Of a DNA stretch of 64,000 bases, positions 24,080 through 36,247 are shown in pieces. Each line of letters begins with the position of its first letter. The stretch's first letter is position 1. Source of the DNA: Amoebophrya sp. A120 (Eukaryota; Protista; Dinoflagellata); contig CAJINV010000004.1 in NCBI GenBank assembly GCA_905178155.1, positions 2,060,391-2,124,390 of the forward strand. Direction: 5' to 3'. The notes below the pieces were generated by a model, which worked only from the letters and a program-made list of their open reading frames with translations, was not told the DNA's origin and did not search any database. A program made the translations under genes and the position numbers.

Positions 24080-26169
24080 TTACGCGGACTTGGCCTCCAT
24101 CAGGTAGTCACTGAACTCCTGGTACGGGTTGATCTTAAACGCAGTCGGCTCCCAGAGCTCCGGGGTGATGAAGCGGTAGGTGTTGCGGAGGGCTTCAAAC
24201 GTGGCCTTGATGAAGTTGCCCTTGGTGCGGGTGTGCCCGGAGGAGCAGGAGAAGACGTCCTGCACGCCGGCGAAGTATCCTGAGTAAAAACGTCCCCACA
24301 CCATAGTCAAGATGGTGACTTTGCTACACAAATCAACAAGTTTTGGCTGTTTCGCATGACAAATTTAGACTCGTAGTGTAGTTCTGTTTGAAGTAGTGCA
24401 GCTGCATGACAAACCGACTACCCTATCCTGATTCCAGCATCACAAACTTCCAGATAGCATGAGAAAATGTCTCTCGTGGGGATCCGCATGAGAAACATTT
24501 CCAGCATGCATTTTTGCATGACAACTCTGGGGTGGGGACGTTTTTACCTAGCATACGAAGGCCATGATCTTCTTCAAAGTCAGGGACCCAACCACGGCGC
24601 TACCACGCGGGGCCGGGATCAACCGGACCATCACGGAACCGCACTTACCAGTGACCTGGGGTTATAGTTTGGGATTGTAAAATTCCGCATTAGCGCTTCT
24701 GCAAACGACAGGGATTCTCGTATGTTGTGCATTTTTGTATGACAAAGCTTTTACCACAGACATCTGTACATTAAACGCAAGAATGAAAAACATTTGAGTG
24801 TGTAAAATCTTTACCTTCATCGGGACGGTGTGGGGAAGACCGATCTTGTTACCCCAGTACCCACGGCGGACCGGGATCAAGTTCAACTTGGCGCAGATGA
24901 CAGCACCGCGGATAGCGGTAGCGACTTCCTTTCCGACCTGGTAGTTTGTGCATCAACAAGGATTATAAGACCGCATGTGATAGACAAACCAATGCCATAC
25001 TCCATCTCCATCTCCATCGAAAATAAATCTATCAGCATTACAGAATTGCAATGAAACAAAAATCAATTGAAGGTTTCTTCATAACTCGCATGAACAATTA
25101 AAAACCACTTATACCTTGGATCCAAGACCGATGTGTCCGTTGCCATCGCCGACCAGGGCGTAGCAGACGAAGCGGTTGCGCTGACCGGCGGAGGTCATCT
25201 TCTGGACCGGGTGGATCTTCACGACCTCGTCCTTCAGGGCGCCGGGCTGGCCAGCCGGGGCCGGGAAGAAGTGATCAATGATCTGGTACTCACGGATCGG
25301 CAGGGAGTGCAGGTAGATGTCCTCCAGGGTGGCGATTTTACCTGATAGATGGGTCGTAGTGGCGGTTTAGAAGAAAATTTTTTGGAATTGAGTCGTGATA
25401 AGCGGGATGATGACACGGCGCTCTGGTGTGGTAAAACTAAAATGCCACCCCGTCACACCGATGAAATAAAACAGCGATTTCTACCGTACGGCTTCTCCAC
25501 ATTCAGGAGTGCACATTGAGGAACTACTAAGTATCCGCTCGAAGTAATAAACTTGTGTTGCTAGAAGGTCCTTGTCAGCTAGGTGTAGACTCGAGTGCAG
25601 CTTATGTCACTGACCTCTTCAATACCGCCCTCAATCACATAGTCGTGCTTCGCAACTTTTCAAGCTGACACTGTTCCGACACAATCATTCTAAATCGCAT
25701 TCACAGCGAAAAAAAAATTCTGAAATTATACCATCCTTGACCAATCGGCCGAGCTTGGTGCAGGGCACCCACTCCTTGTCTGCGTCACCGCCCTTCTTGC
25801 CTCCCTTCTTGTATCCTGAGTAAAAACGCACCCACACCAGAGTCAGGATGGGGATTCTGCAACACAAGCCTGGGAGTTTTGTGAGTCACGCATGACAAGT
25901 TGCGCTCGGCAGTGTAGTGCAGGTTAGCAAGTGCAGCCGCGTCACAGATTCGTCTGCTCATCCTGTTCACAGCATCACAAATTCCGAAAAACGATTGGAA
26001 ATGGCTCTCATGGGGATGCGCATTACAAGTCTTCCTGTCTTTGTACATCTGCATTACAACTCTGGTGTGGGTACGTTTTTACTCAGGATATCTTGCCGCC
26101 CTTCTTTCCCTTACCTCCCTTCTTGCCCTTGCCGAAGCCGCCTTCCTTTCCGAAGCCACCTTCTCCCAT
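24080..26169 (-). CDS. RPS2: 40S ribosomal protein S2 (uS5); 6 exons
   Basis: Gly/Lys-rich N-terminus, [66 protein letters not shown]; GT-AG introns 25342-25731, 24938-25114, 24656-24814 plus two TIR-element introns. Confidence 0.97.
24276..24555. mobile_element. Family B intronic TIR element in RPS2
   Basis: TIR TATCCTGAGTAAAAACGTCCCCAC; TSD CGAAG; junction IMAF-AGVQDV. Confidence 0.95.
25812..26090. mobile_element. Family B intronic TIR element in RPS2
   Basis: TSD TCTTG; junction GGK-KGGKK. Confidence 0.95.
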
Positions 26170-27754
26170 TTTGATGCTTGTTGTGATTCCACGAGGTGTC
26201 TTGAGACTATATTTGCCACACAGGCTTTTACTAGTTTCCCTGATGAGATTGCGGAGACGGAATATTAGGTCGTGAGGTGGTCATTCACAAGTGATCATCA
26301 TGGCATATTTCAGACCAAAAAGTGCTTAAGGTTGATTTAGATTTCTCTGACGGAGCTAGTCAGGCCGTAGCTATGTGTCGGATCTTCCTTGCCTCGAATT
26401 TCAAGGAATTTAGATCAATGACGACATGTATGCCGGGATTGATCCCTAGTTCTGATCGCTTTGCGATTTGCGGATCGCGAACAATCGAAGATCAACATTC
26501 ATTATTTAGATCGTTGCGAACGACATCAAATACTTCCAGATCTTGTGTAACTATGGGATCGAATAAATTTAGAGCTTGTTGACAGATTCCATATATCTCA
26601 ATTACCACGACGGAGTATCATCTGAAACGCGCCGTAAGCTACTTCGATCCATGGACGCTCCACTGCGCGGCTCAGATCCTTACCTTGTATTATGTAGCGC
26701 TAATATCAGGATCCCTGCTCTAATACCGATACCACAGCCTGTGAGCGCAACGCTATTTAACAGAACAACAAATTGGCCGCTAGACTCTGGCTCCATTTCT
26801 GCTCGCTTGATGAGATTCTGAGACCATGCTATTAATTTTGAATTGCGCGAAACGCCATGGTCATCTAAATCTGTATTCAATGACTATGGTACCTAGCTGA
26901 TGGTATTCTCGTGCTAAAAAAACAAAACTACCCCCTCTCCTGCCGATACCAGCGCCTAGTAATCGAGCCCCAATATACTTCTTGAAACGCGAAACATACA
27001 TTAAAATTTTTGATACAGGTGTTTACATTTGAGTTCCAATTTCAGGATGAAGATGGAGATACGGTTAACGATTGAGTCTATCCAACAACGTTGTTTTTTC
27101 CCGATCGTTTCTGGTCAACTTTTTGGTCACCGTTCGGTGTCTGGACGTCCTCTCTGAACATGGTCATCAACATCATCATCTACTAGAGTAAGACAGCGAA
27201 GGGCTGCTGGGGTTGTGGGACGCTTTGCCTTGTTTCATCCCTCGGCGCCCATGATATGAGTAAAAAAAAGTCATTCTATATATTTACACTAGGAGGATGA
27301 GCCTAGTCGTCGTCGCGCAACTTCAACAACTGGGCTTATCCTCACAGCGCAACCGCGAAGTGCGGAGATGTCCCTCCTGTTTTTTGATGTATTGGATCAT
27401 CTAATACTTACCCCCTGAAGCCCAACGAGGTGTTTTTTTGTGTTTTGCCGCTCAAGCTTGCAGCCCGACGAAGCGCAATAGTCCCGTAATTTCGATTTCG
27501 CTAAACTAAAAATTATCAGGTGACAACGCTGCCCCTAAAATCAATGCTCTTCCTCTCTTGCTCAACACTGAATCAATACCTTCTCCGGCTTCCGCCCCGG
27601 CGATGCGCCTGCATGTGGGCCGCGCTAGTCGCGGCGCTCCAATTCGGGCGGCTCCCGAAGGTACGGGGTCCGAGATTGCGGTTTGGTTCGGGGTGCGAGA
27701 TTGAGGTCGAGATTGATGGCATGCGTGGAGCCGGCGCGGCCCGGCTCGGGCCCT

Positions 27755-27910
27755 TTGTGGCCGTGCCCCCTGTGCTCGCCGTGCCCCCTGTGCTCGCCGT
27801 GCCCCTTGTGCTCGCCGTGCCCCCTGTGCTCGCCGTGCCCCTTGTGCTGGCCGTGCCCCCTGTGCTCGCCGTGCCCCCTGTGCTGGCCGTGCCCTTTGTG
27901 CTGGTCGTGC
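27755..27910. repeat. 18-bp tandem repeat (GCCGTGCCCCYTGTGCTS, ~8 copies)
   Basis: Visible directly; reads GHGEH[RK] or STGGTA on the minus strand. Confidence 0.92.
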
Positions 27911-28259
27911 CATTCGCGGTCGTGCCCAGTCGGATGCGGTCTCTCCTGGTGTGATCCAGACCCAGTGGCATGTGTGAAGCCGGTGAGGTCCGAATCGGGC
28001 CAAGGGCAATCCGTTCGATCCTGGTCTAGTCCAGGCCCAGTGGCATGTGTGGAGCCGCTCTGGTCCGCCTCGTAGCCGGACTCGTCCGACTCGTGCCCCT
28101 TGCGGTCATGCCCAGTGCGATGCGGTTGCGCGTGGTCTTTTTCGGCGCCCATGTACCCAATGCCGACGAGGGGCTCCTTCAGCTGCGACCCAACTCGCAG
28201 GAACTCCAACTCGTTAGCATCAAGAGGCCCGACGCGCGCCGCTATCGATGCTGCCGTTA

Positions 28260-28348
28260 CTGGCGCTCCTGTCGCTGCTGGCGCTGCTGGCGCTGCTGTC
28301 GCTGCTGTCGCTGCTGTCGCTGCTGTCGCTGCTGGCGGTGCTGGCGCT
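28260..28348. repeat. 9-bp tandem repeat (GCTGCTGKC)
   Basis: Visible directly; encodes ATA/APA repeats on the minus strand. Confidence 0.9.
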
Positions 28349-29655
28349 TTGGCTAAGGCTACGTCCTTGCTGTGGTCACCTGCAGATGCCGTTTTTTTGT
28401 CGCCGTTGGGCAAATGGAAGCGAGCCGCGTATTGAAATAGTTTTAAATATTCCACAATTCGCATAATAGCAGTCCTGGTGTCATAGGGAACCGCACCAAT
28501 AAATGCACACCTCGAAAATAAATATCTGCAACAGATTGGCACCGTTTTCGAGACCCAGCTTCTCGGCCATTTCTCGCGCCTCTTTCTTGTGCGGGTGCTG
28601 ATCTGGTAAGTCTTTATCCTGACGATAATCGTTGGCTGTGAAGCCCATGTATCCAATGCCGACGCGAGGCTTCGTTTCAGGATTATCGAGTAGGGGCCCA
28701 ATCGAGTCGCTGCCGCTGCTCTCGTCTTCGTCGATGGTTATTTCACCTGCAGATGCCGTTTTTCTCTCGGCGTTGGGCAAATGGAAGCGAGCCCCTTATT
28801 GAAATAGTTTTAAGTAACTACTCCATAATTCGCACAACAGCAGTCCTGGCGTCGCAGGGAATCGCACCAATAAACTCAAAGAGAGAGAGAGAGATAACCT
28901 ACATAGGTGAACTAGGCAGGACAGTATACGACGAACATCACACAGAAGAACGCTGGCCTTGCTCCCGTCCAACTGCTAGCGTGATGCCTCTCCGCCCACC
29001 TCGCAGCGCCTTCAGAAATGGCCCGGCTGACTACTCTCGGGTCGGATGCTGCGTGCGGATGCTGCTTGGTGTTATCTTGTTGCCCTAGCCGAAGTTCTCC
29101 TTTCAGGTAGTACAAGCCTGGTAGAGGACGACGATCTAGACCGAAGACTAGAACGCCCCCCAGCTACCGCGAGGTTTTTAGTAGTCAGTTTGCGTCAAGG
29201 CCGGCCGGAAGACACTGGGATAGTTTACCTGTGGCCTTGTAGCCCGAGTCTGGTTCGAACCGTTCTACGCGCTGATGTCATCCCCCATGTCCGTGAAGAG
29301 TAAGGCGGCAAGTTAAGGGGGATTTGAGATGACGGGGAACTTAAAAAATAAAAGGCAATCGAAAGCAAACTAGTTCCCCGGCTCGACATGCGGCGGCGCT
29401 GCCCTTCCACGCAGCGCCCCGGCGAGCAGTTGACGGGGCACTCACTCACCGGACAGGCCGTCTCCCGCTCAGCGGCGTGGCGCGGCTGTTCTACCAGGAA
29501 AGCGCTACACATAGCTTTGCCGCTACTATTTCTATATTTTTCTTTCTATATATTTTTTAAGCTACTGCAGCGACGGACCTCGGCGGCGCATCCATCCGGT
29601 GAGCGAGTCAGGGCAGTTTGTGCTGGACGCATATTGTTTCTGTTTTTTGACCGAC

Positions 29656-29674
29656 GTGTGTGTGTGTGTGTGTG
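29656..29674. repeat. (GT)n microsatellite
   Basis: gtgtgtgtgtgtgtgtgtg. Confidence 0.85.
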
Positions 29675-30139
29675 TTTCTTCGTCAACGTCCTTATGTGTG
29701 CACCCATGTGAGACTAGCGCTACCGGGGGGCTCTTCCTGTCCCCCCGGGTCCTAATGTGTTTTGATTTGAAAAAGGGGTAGTATCCGTTCTCAAACAAAT
29801 GGAAGATTGCACCAATAAACTCAAACACTTCGAAAATAGATATCTGAAATAGATTGGCACCCTCTTCATTGAAGAGCTCCTCCTCCATTTCGCCCACCTC
29901 TGTTTTGAACCTGCGCTCCTTCTGCGATCCCTGTAGTCGTGGTGAGCAACAGATTTGGAAATTTTGATAGAGGTGACGATCCTCACAAACGCTATGGGCT
30001 TTTACCAATTGCGAACTCCAGCACTACGCTATTTTGGGTCCACAAACAAGCCTGACATCGCTCCATTCAAAAATGCACATCTATCCTCTTTTCTTCTTCA
30101 TCGTTTTCTCATCGTGCTGTTTGAATTCTGATTAGAGCG

Positions 30140-30637
30140 CTATATTAGAAGCCAGTTAAGTAGTGTGTGCGAGACTACGACGATAGGCGTACGATGGTCC
30201 GAATAAGTGTGCTCTGAGCGAATGCCGATAGTAGTAATTACTTTCGCATTCAAACAGAAATCGGGTGTAAGTACGTCACTATCCGATGACATGATAACGT
30301 AAGACGCGGAATCCGATGGCGCCTGTGCGAAGTGCCTGCCATGCTGCGACGGTCCGCGATGTCTCGCGTCGAGCTGTACCTCCACGAAGGATGACTCGCA
30401 AGAAGGCCCGCAGCCTCCCTCCTGGGACTCCGCCGAAAACGCGTGGGTCACGTCAGCATTCTCCTCCTCGTCAGTAAATTCCGCGTCGTTCGACGATGGC
30501 TTTCCCTGATCCTCCTTCACCACCGCTCTCCTTTCACTGTCATTCCCGTTGTCAAGTGATAGCGCAGCATTTGTTGTTGCGCTCGTCGCTGACGAGAACG
30601 ATACTACAGCCCCCACCGTCGCGGCGAGGCGATTCAT
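30140..30637 (-). CDS. Small putative secreted protein (possibly only a first exon or a remnant)
   Basis: ATG, hydrophobic N-terminus, acidic stretch and SFVE motif. Confidence 0.45.
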   Translation of the reverse strand: MNRLAATVGAVVSFSSATSATTNAALSLDNGNDSERRAVVKEDQGKPSSNDAEFTDEEENADVTHAFSAESQEGGCGPSCESSFVEVQLDARHRGPSQHGRHFAQAPSDSASYVIMSSDSDVLTPDFCLNAKVITTIGIRSEHTYSDHRTPIVVVSHTLLNWLLI

Positions 30638-31898
30638 CTTTCTTGTATTACTTACATGGCAGCTTTTGTTCCTTGGTGGAGTTTCTCATGGCCAGTCCGC
30701 CTCCGAACTCGTCACGGGAAAATAAAAATAGACTTGGTCACAGATTGATTCACATTATCATCAAATGCTCCAATGCATTCTTCTTCCCTGCGACGTCAAC
30801 ATTCGAGTGAAAACGACACTACTGTCCTTCGGAAGCAAGGCTCTGCACTGTGAAGCTCCTGTCTCTTCATCCGCTCCCTGAACGAACTATGCCCTCAACC
30901 CCCTACGAGCTTGCATCGAATACTTCCACAATTACAAGAACCCCAGATGATGACATCGCCAGCGATAAACAAGAGGACTTGAGACGTTTACTGTTACTGG
31001 AATTGACTTTCACTTCCATTTGAGAAATCTCAATCGTACAGGCGCACGGACATGCCCGTGACGAAAACAAGAGCGTCGACACATAAGAAAGAGTACGGGA
31101 TCCACCCCCCAGTACCGACACAAAAGACTACGGACGAAAGAGAATCGATCGCCTCATGCCAGCTTTCCGCTTCTGCTCGCGACAGTTTGGTGCGAACAAA
31201 TTTCGGTAGCGAACAAATCTGGGCAAGAAGCTAATTTTTTGATTTACCCATCATCGTCATTTTCAGTTCTCTTTCTTCGCAAAACACGTACAATTACAGC
31301 GAATTCTTCAGCTCTCTATTATATCTCTGCAGGAAGTGAAAAGCGCCCCTAGCAGCTCATCCCCATCAGCATTTGGTGGACAACCGCGGTCATTGTCCCA
31401 TACGACCAAACTTTTGGACGCGCACGGTAGCAAAACAAGCACGGTCCGCGTAGCGTCGCATTGTATCTACTGCTACCTTCTCTCGTTAGTGTGTCAAGTT
31501 CGAGGAGAATGAAAATACTCCAAGACGGAACCCGCGGCAGTTTTCCTTCAAAAAGACGATTTTGGTACAGTAGAAGTGCAAATCAATTTAATTTTCCGAG
31601 CGCTCTTCACTCCTGCTGCGTTCCTAAATACAAAACACCTTTGCTAAATCTCTTGATTACCTGTTTGCTAAATCTGTAATTGCTAAATCTCCTTGTCTCT
31701 GAGTTTGTTGTTCTTCGGGCATGATCTTCATGAAGACGCATGCCTTCAGCACTCCTCGCTCCTGTTTGCTAAATCTGATAAAATAGATGACACCACGTGA
31801 TTGCTAAATAAAGGGAACCAGCACTAGTATTTTTGCGGTTTTCAAACACAAATCCCCTGTTCTTGTTGCTGCGACAGTCTTTATTTCTCCATCTCGCC

Positions 31899-34800
31899 TT
31901 ACGACGCGAAATCCCGGAGGAATTTTTCCTGTGACTTTTTTATCTTTTCCATCCGCAGCGACAGTGCCTCCGCGACCCCCACCATCTGCCCGAGTGACTC
32001 CTGTACCCGCAGCACCTCTATTCTGACTTCTATGCCGCACGCGTGTATCTTGGACAGCACCCGACCCGCAAGATTTTCCACCGCACGCATCACCTTTATG
32101 AAAAGGCGACAAAATCTCTTCCCGTCTTTCGATAGATCTGCGTGTATCCTCCGTGCTCTTTCAAGAATGCACATGGGGAGTTCAGAAGGGTTGATTCTCA
32201 CGAGCCATCAACTCTACGTCAAGATTCATTATGACGACACACAAGTGGGAGTGGCCGCAGTTTGATGAGTTTAAACTCAATATGCATCACAAATCAAAGA
32301 AAAGGGAGAACGATTTTGACCTGTGAATAGTCTGAAGTTCGTCGGTATGAAAACGATTGATCATGATATTTAGCTCTTTCCATATGCATATCTGCAGCGA
32401 ACTACTCACATATTACACCAAAGGCATGCCAGAAAGCACCGTCGCTAGAAGCGCTACATGTGAAAGAAGCAAAATACAGATTTGAATTTGATGATGTGTT
32501 GTATGAAAATACTAGCCCCGCCAAACTAGAGAACTAGCAGCAGCCATACCTCTGCCGGAGTGAATTCCTTGATCGTTTTGCTCATGTTTTCCGTGCTCCG
32601 CATGCCCAGGATCGGCATATTGTCGTCCCGCGTCATGGACTTGTCCCCGTCCTCCAGTGCCGCGAGACTCTTGCCCGTTCCCTCGAGCGCCTTGAGTTTG
32701 TCGTCCTTGTCGCCTCTTATCCTGTGCAAAAACATCCCCCCCAGAGTTGTCATGCAGATTTGCATCTACAGCAACATTTGTAATGCGGGTCCTCATGAGA
32801 GGCATTTCTATATCGTGTTTTGGAGTTTGTAATGCTGGAAACCGGGTGAGCAGATGGATTTGTGATGCGGTTGTCCCTACGAACCTGCCCTACACTACGG
32901 ACTGCAACCAACTTGTCATGCGTGGCTCCCAAAATTTGTAGATTTGTGTTGCGAAGTTCCCAACTTGACTATGGAGTGGGCACGTTTTTACACAGGATAC
33001 CTCCCTTGCCCTCTTCCTTCTCTTTTTTGTTCCCGTATATCCTCTTGTAGAGCCCCGGACTCAGCTGCTTGATGCGTTTCTGGCACTGACAGTATCAAAT
33101 GCAAAAATGTCTGGGTCTGGAAGAGTCATGCTCTTTTTGCATGACGCAGAAGGTCTGGCATGGAAGAGCTAGCATCACAGGTTTCGACCTGCTTCCGCAA
33201 TGCCGAATTCGCATGACAAATCCCCCATTTTGCTAGTAGAAAGTGGGCAGCTTTTGCTATCTATGCATGAGAAGTTTTTCTGTGTTCTCAAAAGCGCATC
33301 ACAAGTTTTTGCTCTTCCAGACCCAGACATCTTTGCATTTGATAGGCAGGCGGCCGTTGCATACTCCCGCATCATCTGCAGGACCACCACAATTGCCTCC
33401 GACTTCTCGTCCTTCTTCTCCTCTGTTTGAGGGTTTGAGAATGGGAATTTTGAAAATGTCTTTTGATTTTTTCCTGTGGAGTACCACTGACTTCTCCTCG
33501 CCGCATGAGAGGATTCCTTTTTCACAACACAGTACTCTGCACTCGTCGAACTGCATGATATGAAGGAAAAGTCCTAGCCGTCTAGTGTAGTAAGTACAGT
33601 ACCTTTCCTCGTGTCATACGTCGCCTCCATCAGCGTGGCGGCCATGATACTGAAGAAGACGTTGATCGCGACCAATATCACGACGATGTAGTAGAGCAAG
33701 ACAAATATTGCGCCCACCACCGCGTCCCGGTCATAGATGGGCAGCACGTCTATGTCCGCGCAGACGGACCTTATGGTATACAACCACCCCGCTGCGACCT
33801 GACAGTAAAATTTGCCGTGCGCACGATAAAATATCGACACCACTACTTCTACAGCACAAATAAACTCAACTTGTTCTCATCTACGGCATAGACTTGCAGT
33901 TTTTTCTCATGCACAGCAAGTAGATGCCATCAAATTCGTATAGTCCTAAACAACTCAGGTTGAATATCAACAGGCGAAGTGAAAAATACCGAGTTCAGCT
34001 CGCCGAGCACGTCTCCAAAAGACACGACGAAGGAGATGACAAACCCGATCTGCACGATGGCGAAGACTATGAGGAAGTAGGCGAAGTAGGCCATGGATTC
34101 CTTGATCGTGTTGAAGAGAAAGTGGACGTAAGGGAAGAAGCCGACGTATTTCACGCATTTGCCCCACAGCAGCACCGCGTTTATTGCGTTGATCAGCCTG
34201 CTGGTGTCTACTTTGTTGGCGACACCCTGTAGCAGCGTAAATGCCTCGTCGGCGTTGGCCGCCGTCTCCTTTTCCCCGAGCGTTCCGACCGAGCCCACTT
34301 CCATGTAGGCCGTCATGCGGATGGTGTAGGCGGTGAGCAGCAGCCCCATGTTGATCCAGTCCAGGATGTTCCAGCCGTCCTCCAAGTAGCCCCACCGCTC
34401 CAGCGAGATTTCGGACAGCTCCTCGGCTATGTAGTACAGCACGTATCAAATGCGAACATGCCTGGATCTGGAAGATTGCGAGATTTGTGATGCAATCTTT
34501 CCAAGCTCCACGAAATCTGTAATGTAGATCTTACAATCACAAGTTCTGCATTCCCTTGGTAATGCCTATCCTGCATGAGAAATTCCCTCTCAGCATGGCA
34601 CGAAGTAGGCCTCTTTTGCGGGTCAGGCAAGACAGATTTTTGTGTGACCCGCAAGACGCATTACAAGTTCCCATTCTTCCAGACCCAGACATATTTGCAA
34701 TGCATAGCACGAAGAGCAGGACAATGATGTCCATGATATTCGCCACCATATCGGCCGCGGTCACGCCCCCAAAGATGGTCAAAACCCGTTGTGTCAAAAC

Positions 34801-36247
34801 TAACGTCCGCACCTGCGATTGCACCTTCCCGACCGCGGGGAACTCGAACAGAATTTGCACCGCCGAGTACTGGTCTAAATTGCTGTTCCATATGCTAAAA
34901 GTGAGAGCCACCTGTAGAGATAGTGGGATAAACATTTCATCGAGATGAACTCGATTGTTCTGAGGAAAAGGGTATTTCGGCATAATCCGCTATGAAACGG
35001 CTGTTTCGGAGCGGTCCTGCTGCTAAATTCCCCGAAACAAGGTGGCAAATCTCAATTTCAACATCAAAACGCGTTGCTAATTCTGGTTCTCATATTCACC
35101 TGTCACACCTCTGCCAAACGAAGCAAGTACTCACTATACCGCCCTCGTCTGTATGTCCACAAAGTTATTCGCCTTGTAGCGTGCTAATTTGGCCAGTGCT
35201 TTGGTGCTATTGGTTGACATCTGCATGAAGAAGCCCCCCGCCGGGTAGTCGGACACCTCCCCGGTTACGGAAACGCCCTGTAGCGGATCGGGTGCGCTAT
35301 ACGTGAACAAACCGTCACCGTAACCCGCTTTTGACTCCGTTGCGCTGTTTTGGTTTATTTTCATCGTGAGGGTAGTTGTAGACCACCTTCCAAAACTATT
35401 CCGATGTTCTTCGAATGAGGAACATACATTAAACGGTCGGTGTTCATCAGGTTCACGACCTCTTCAGGATGAGCGAAAGGAAGTCACTCAAGACGAGCTT
35501 TCTCTCTTTGCGTTCTCCAAAAAACCGAAAGAAAAACAAGAAGAGATAACGTTTCATACGTTGAAAAAACCGGGTAGCAGTCGGTTTTGTATTCGGAAAA
35601 CATGGTCCCGACCTGACATTGCGCCACCTTGGTGACGCGCCACTGCCGTATCTGCACGGAGCCGAAGAGTCGGTTGCTGCTGTCCAGGGGTACCATCACC
35701 CGGCTGCGATCCTTTGCAAGCTCCGTGTCGGTGGTGTTGGTGAAAATCATATCGAAAAAATTTTCCGTGTACTCGTAAAATGTGTCAACGGAGGAGACGG
35801 ACTCAAGTGGCACGGAGCTGTTCTTCATCTTTATCACCTCCTGCGTGCGGGCGACCTGTCGGCGCGGAGTGGTGTTTTGATACTTGCACGATGAAGCTCA
35901 TTCAGTGTGATAAATTCACTAATTCTGTTCAGTCGATGTCATGGCATGACACCAAAAAGGAAACAAACGAAACTGTGATCTTGAACTTGATCTTCTGTCA
36001 CAACCTTGCATAAAGGAAACAAACGAAATAACTTTGACCTTTTGTACAGGCCTCTTACCAACAAACTGCTGTCTGCCGACAGGGATGCCAGGACGACAAT
36101 CGTAAATGCGGCGAGAAACACGCCGAAGATGCACATGTCCTGGCACACTTTGGCGGCAAGCTGCCGCTGCCGCTTCCGGCTGACCACCTCATCGTAATCC
36201 TCATCCTGCAAATCTGCCAGGTATCCCTTCCCCTCCTGGTCCGGCAT
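31899..36247 (-). CDS. Polycystin-2 (PKD2/TRPP)-like cation channel, multi-exon
   Basis: FGSVQIRQWRV, DYPAGGF, FVDIQTRA, FEFPAVG, YLEDGWNILDW, S5-pore-S6 ending INVFFSIM; termini approximate. Confidence 0.88.
32718..32999. mobile_element. Family B intronic TIR element
   Basis: TSD CCTCT/CCTCC; junction GKGG-DKDD. Confidence 0.9.
33093..33344. mobile_element. Family A intronic TIR element
   Basis: TSD GACAG/GGCAG; junction AAC-QCQK. Confidence 0.9.
34444..34706. mobile_element. Family A intronic TIR element
   Basis: TSD GCACG; junction LFVL-YYIAEE inside a transmembrane helix. Confidence 0.92.

Larger units (their letters stand above)
27625..30008 (-). pseudogene. Disrupted locus with a triplicated protein module and a His/Gly-repeat tail
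   Basis: Module GANL.QI.IFEV..FIGA...YLKLFQ..ARFHLPN...VGIGYMG at ~28375-28560, 28745-28880 and 29790-29880 with stops and a frameshift. Confidence 0.6.

Noticed and set aside
26195-26220. Relic dinoflagellate spliced leader upstream of RPS2 (minus strand ...AGTCTCAAG)
   Set aside because: Only the last 6 nt match CCGTAGCCATTTTGGCTCAAG; not distinguishable from chance.
26292-26714. Bacterial oriC-like Dam/GATC region or contamination
   Set aside because: No DnaA boxes recognised and it is contiguous with an intron-containing eukaryotic gene.
34991-35558. TATGAAACG...CGTTTCATA inverted pair as another TIR element
   Set aside because: It would enclose a conserved PKD2 exon, has no TSD, and the flanking introns parse as canonical.
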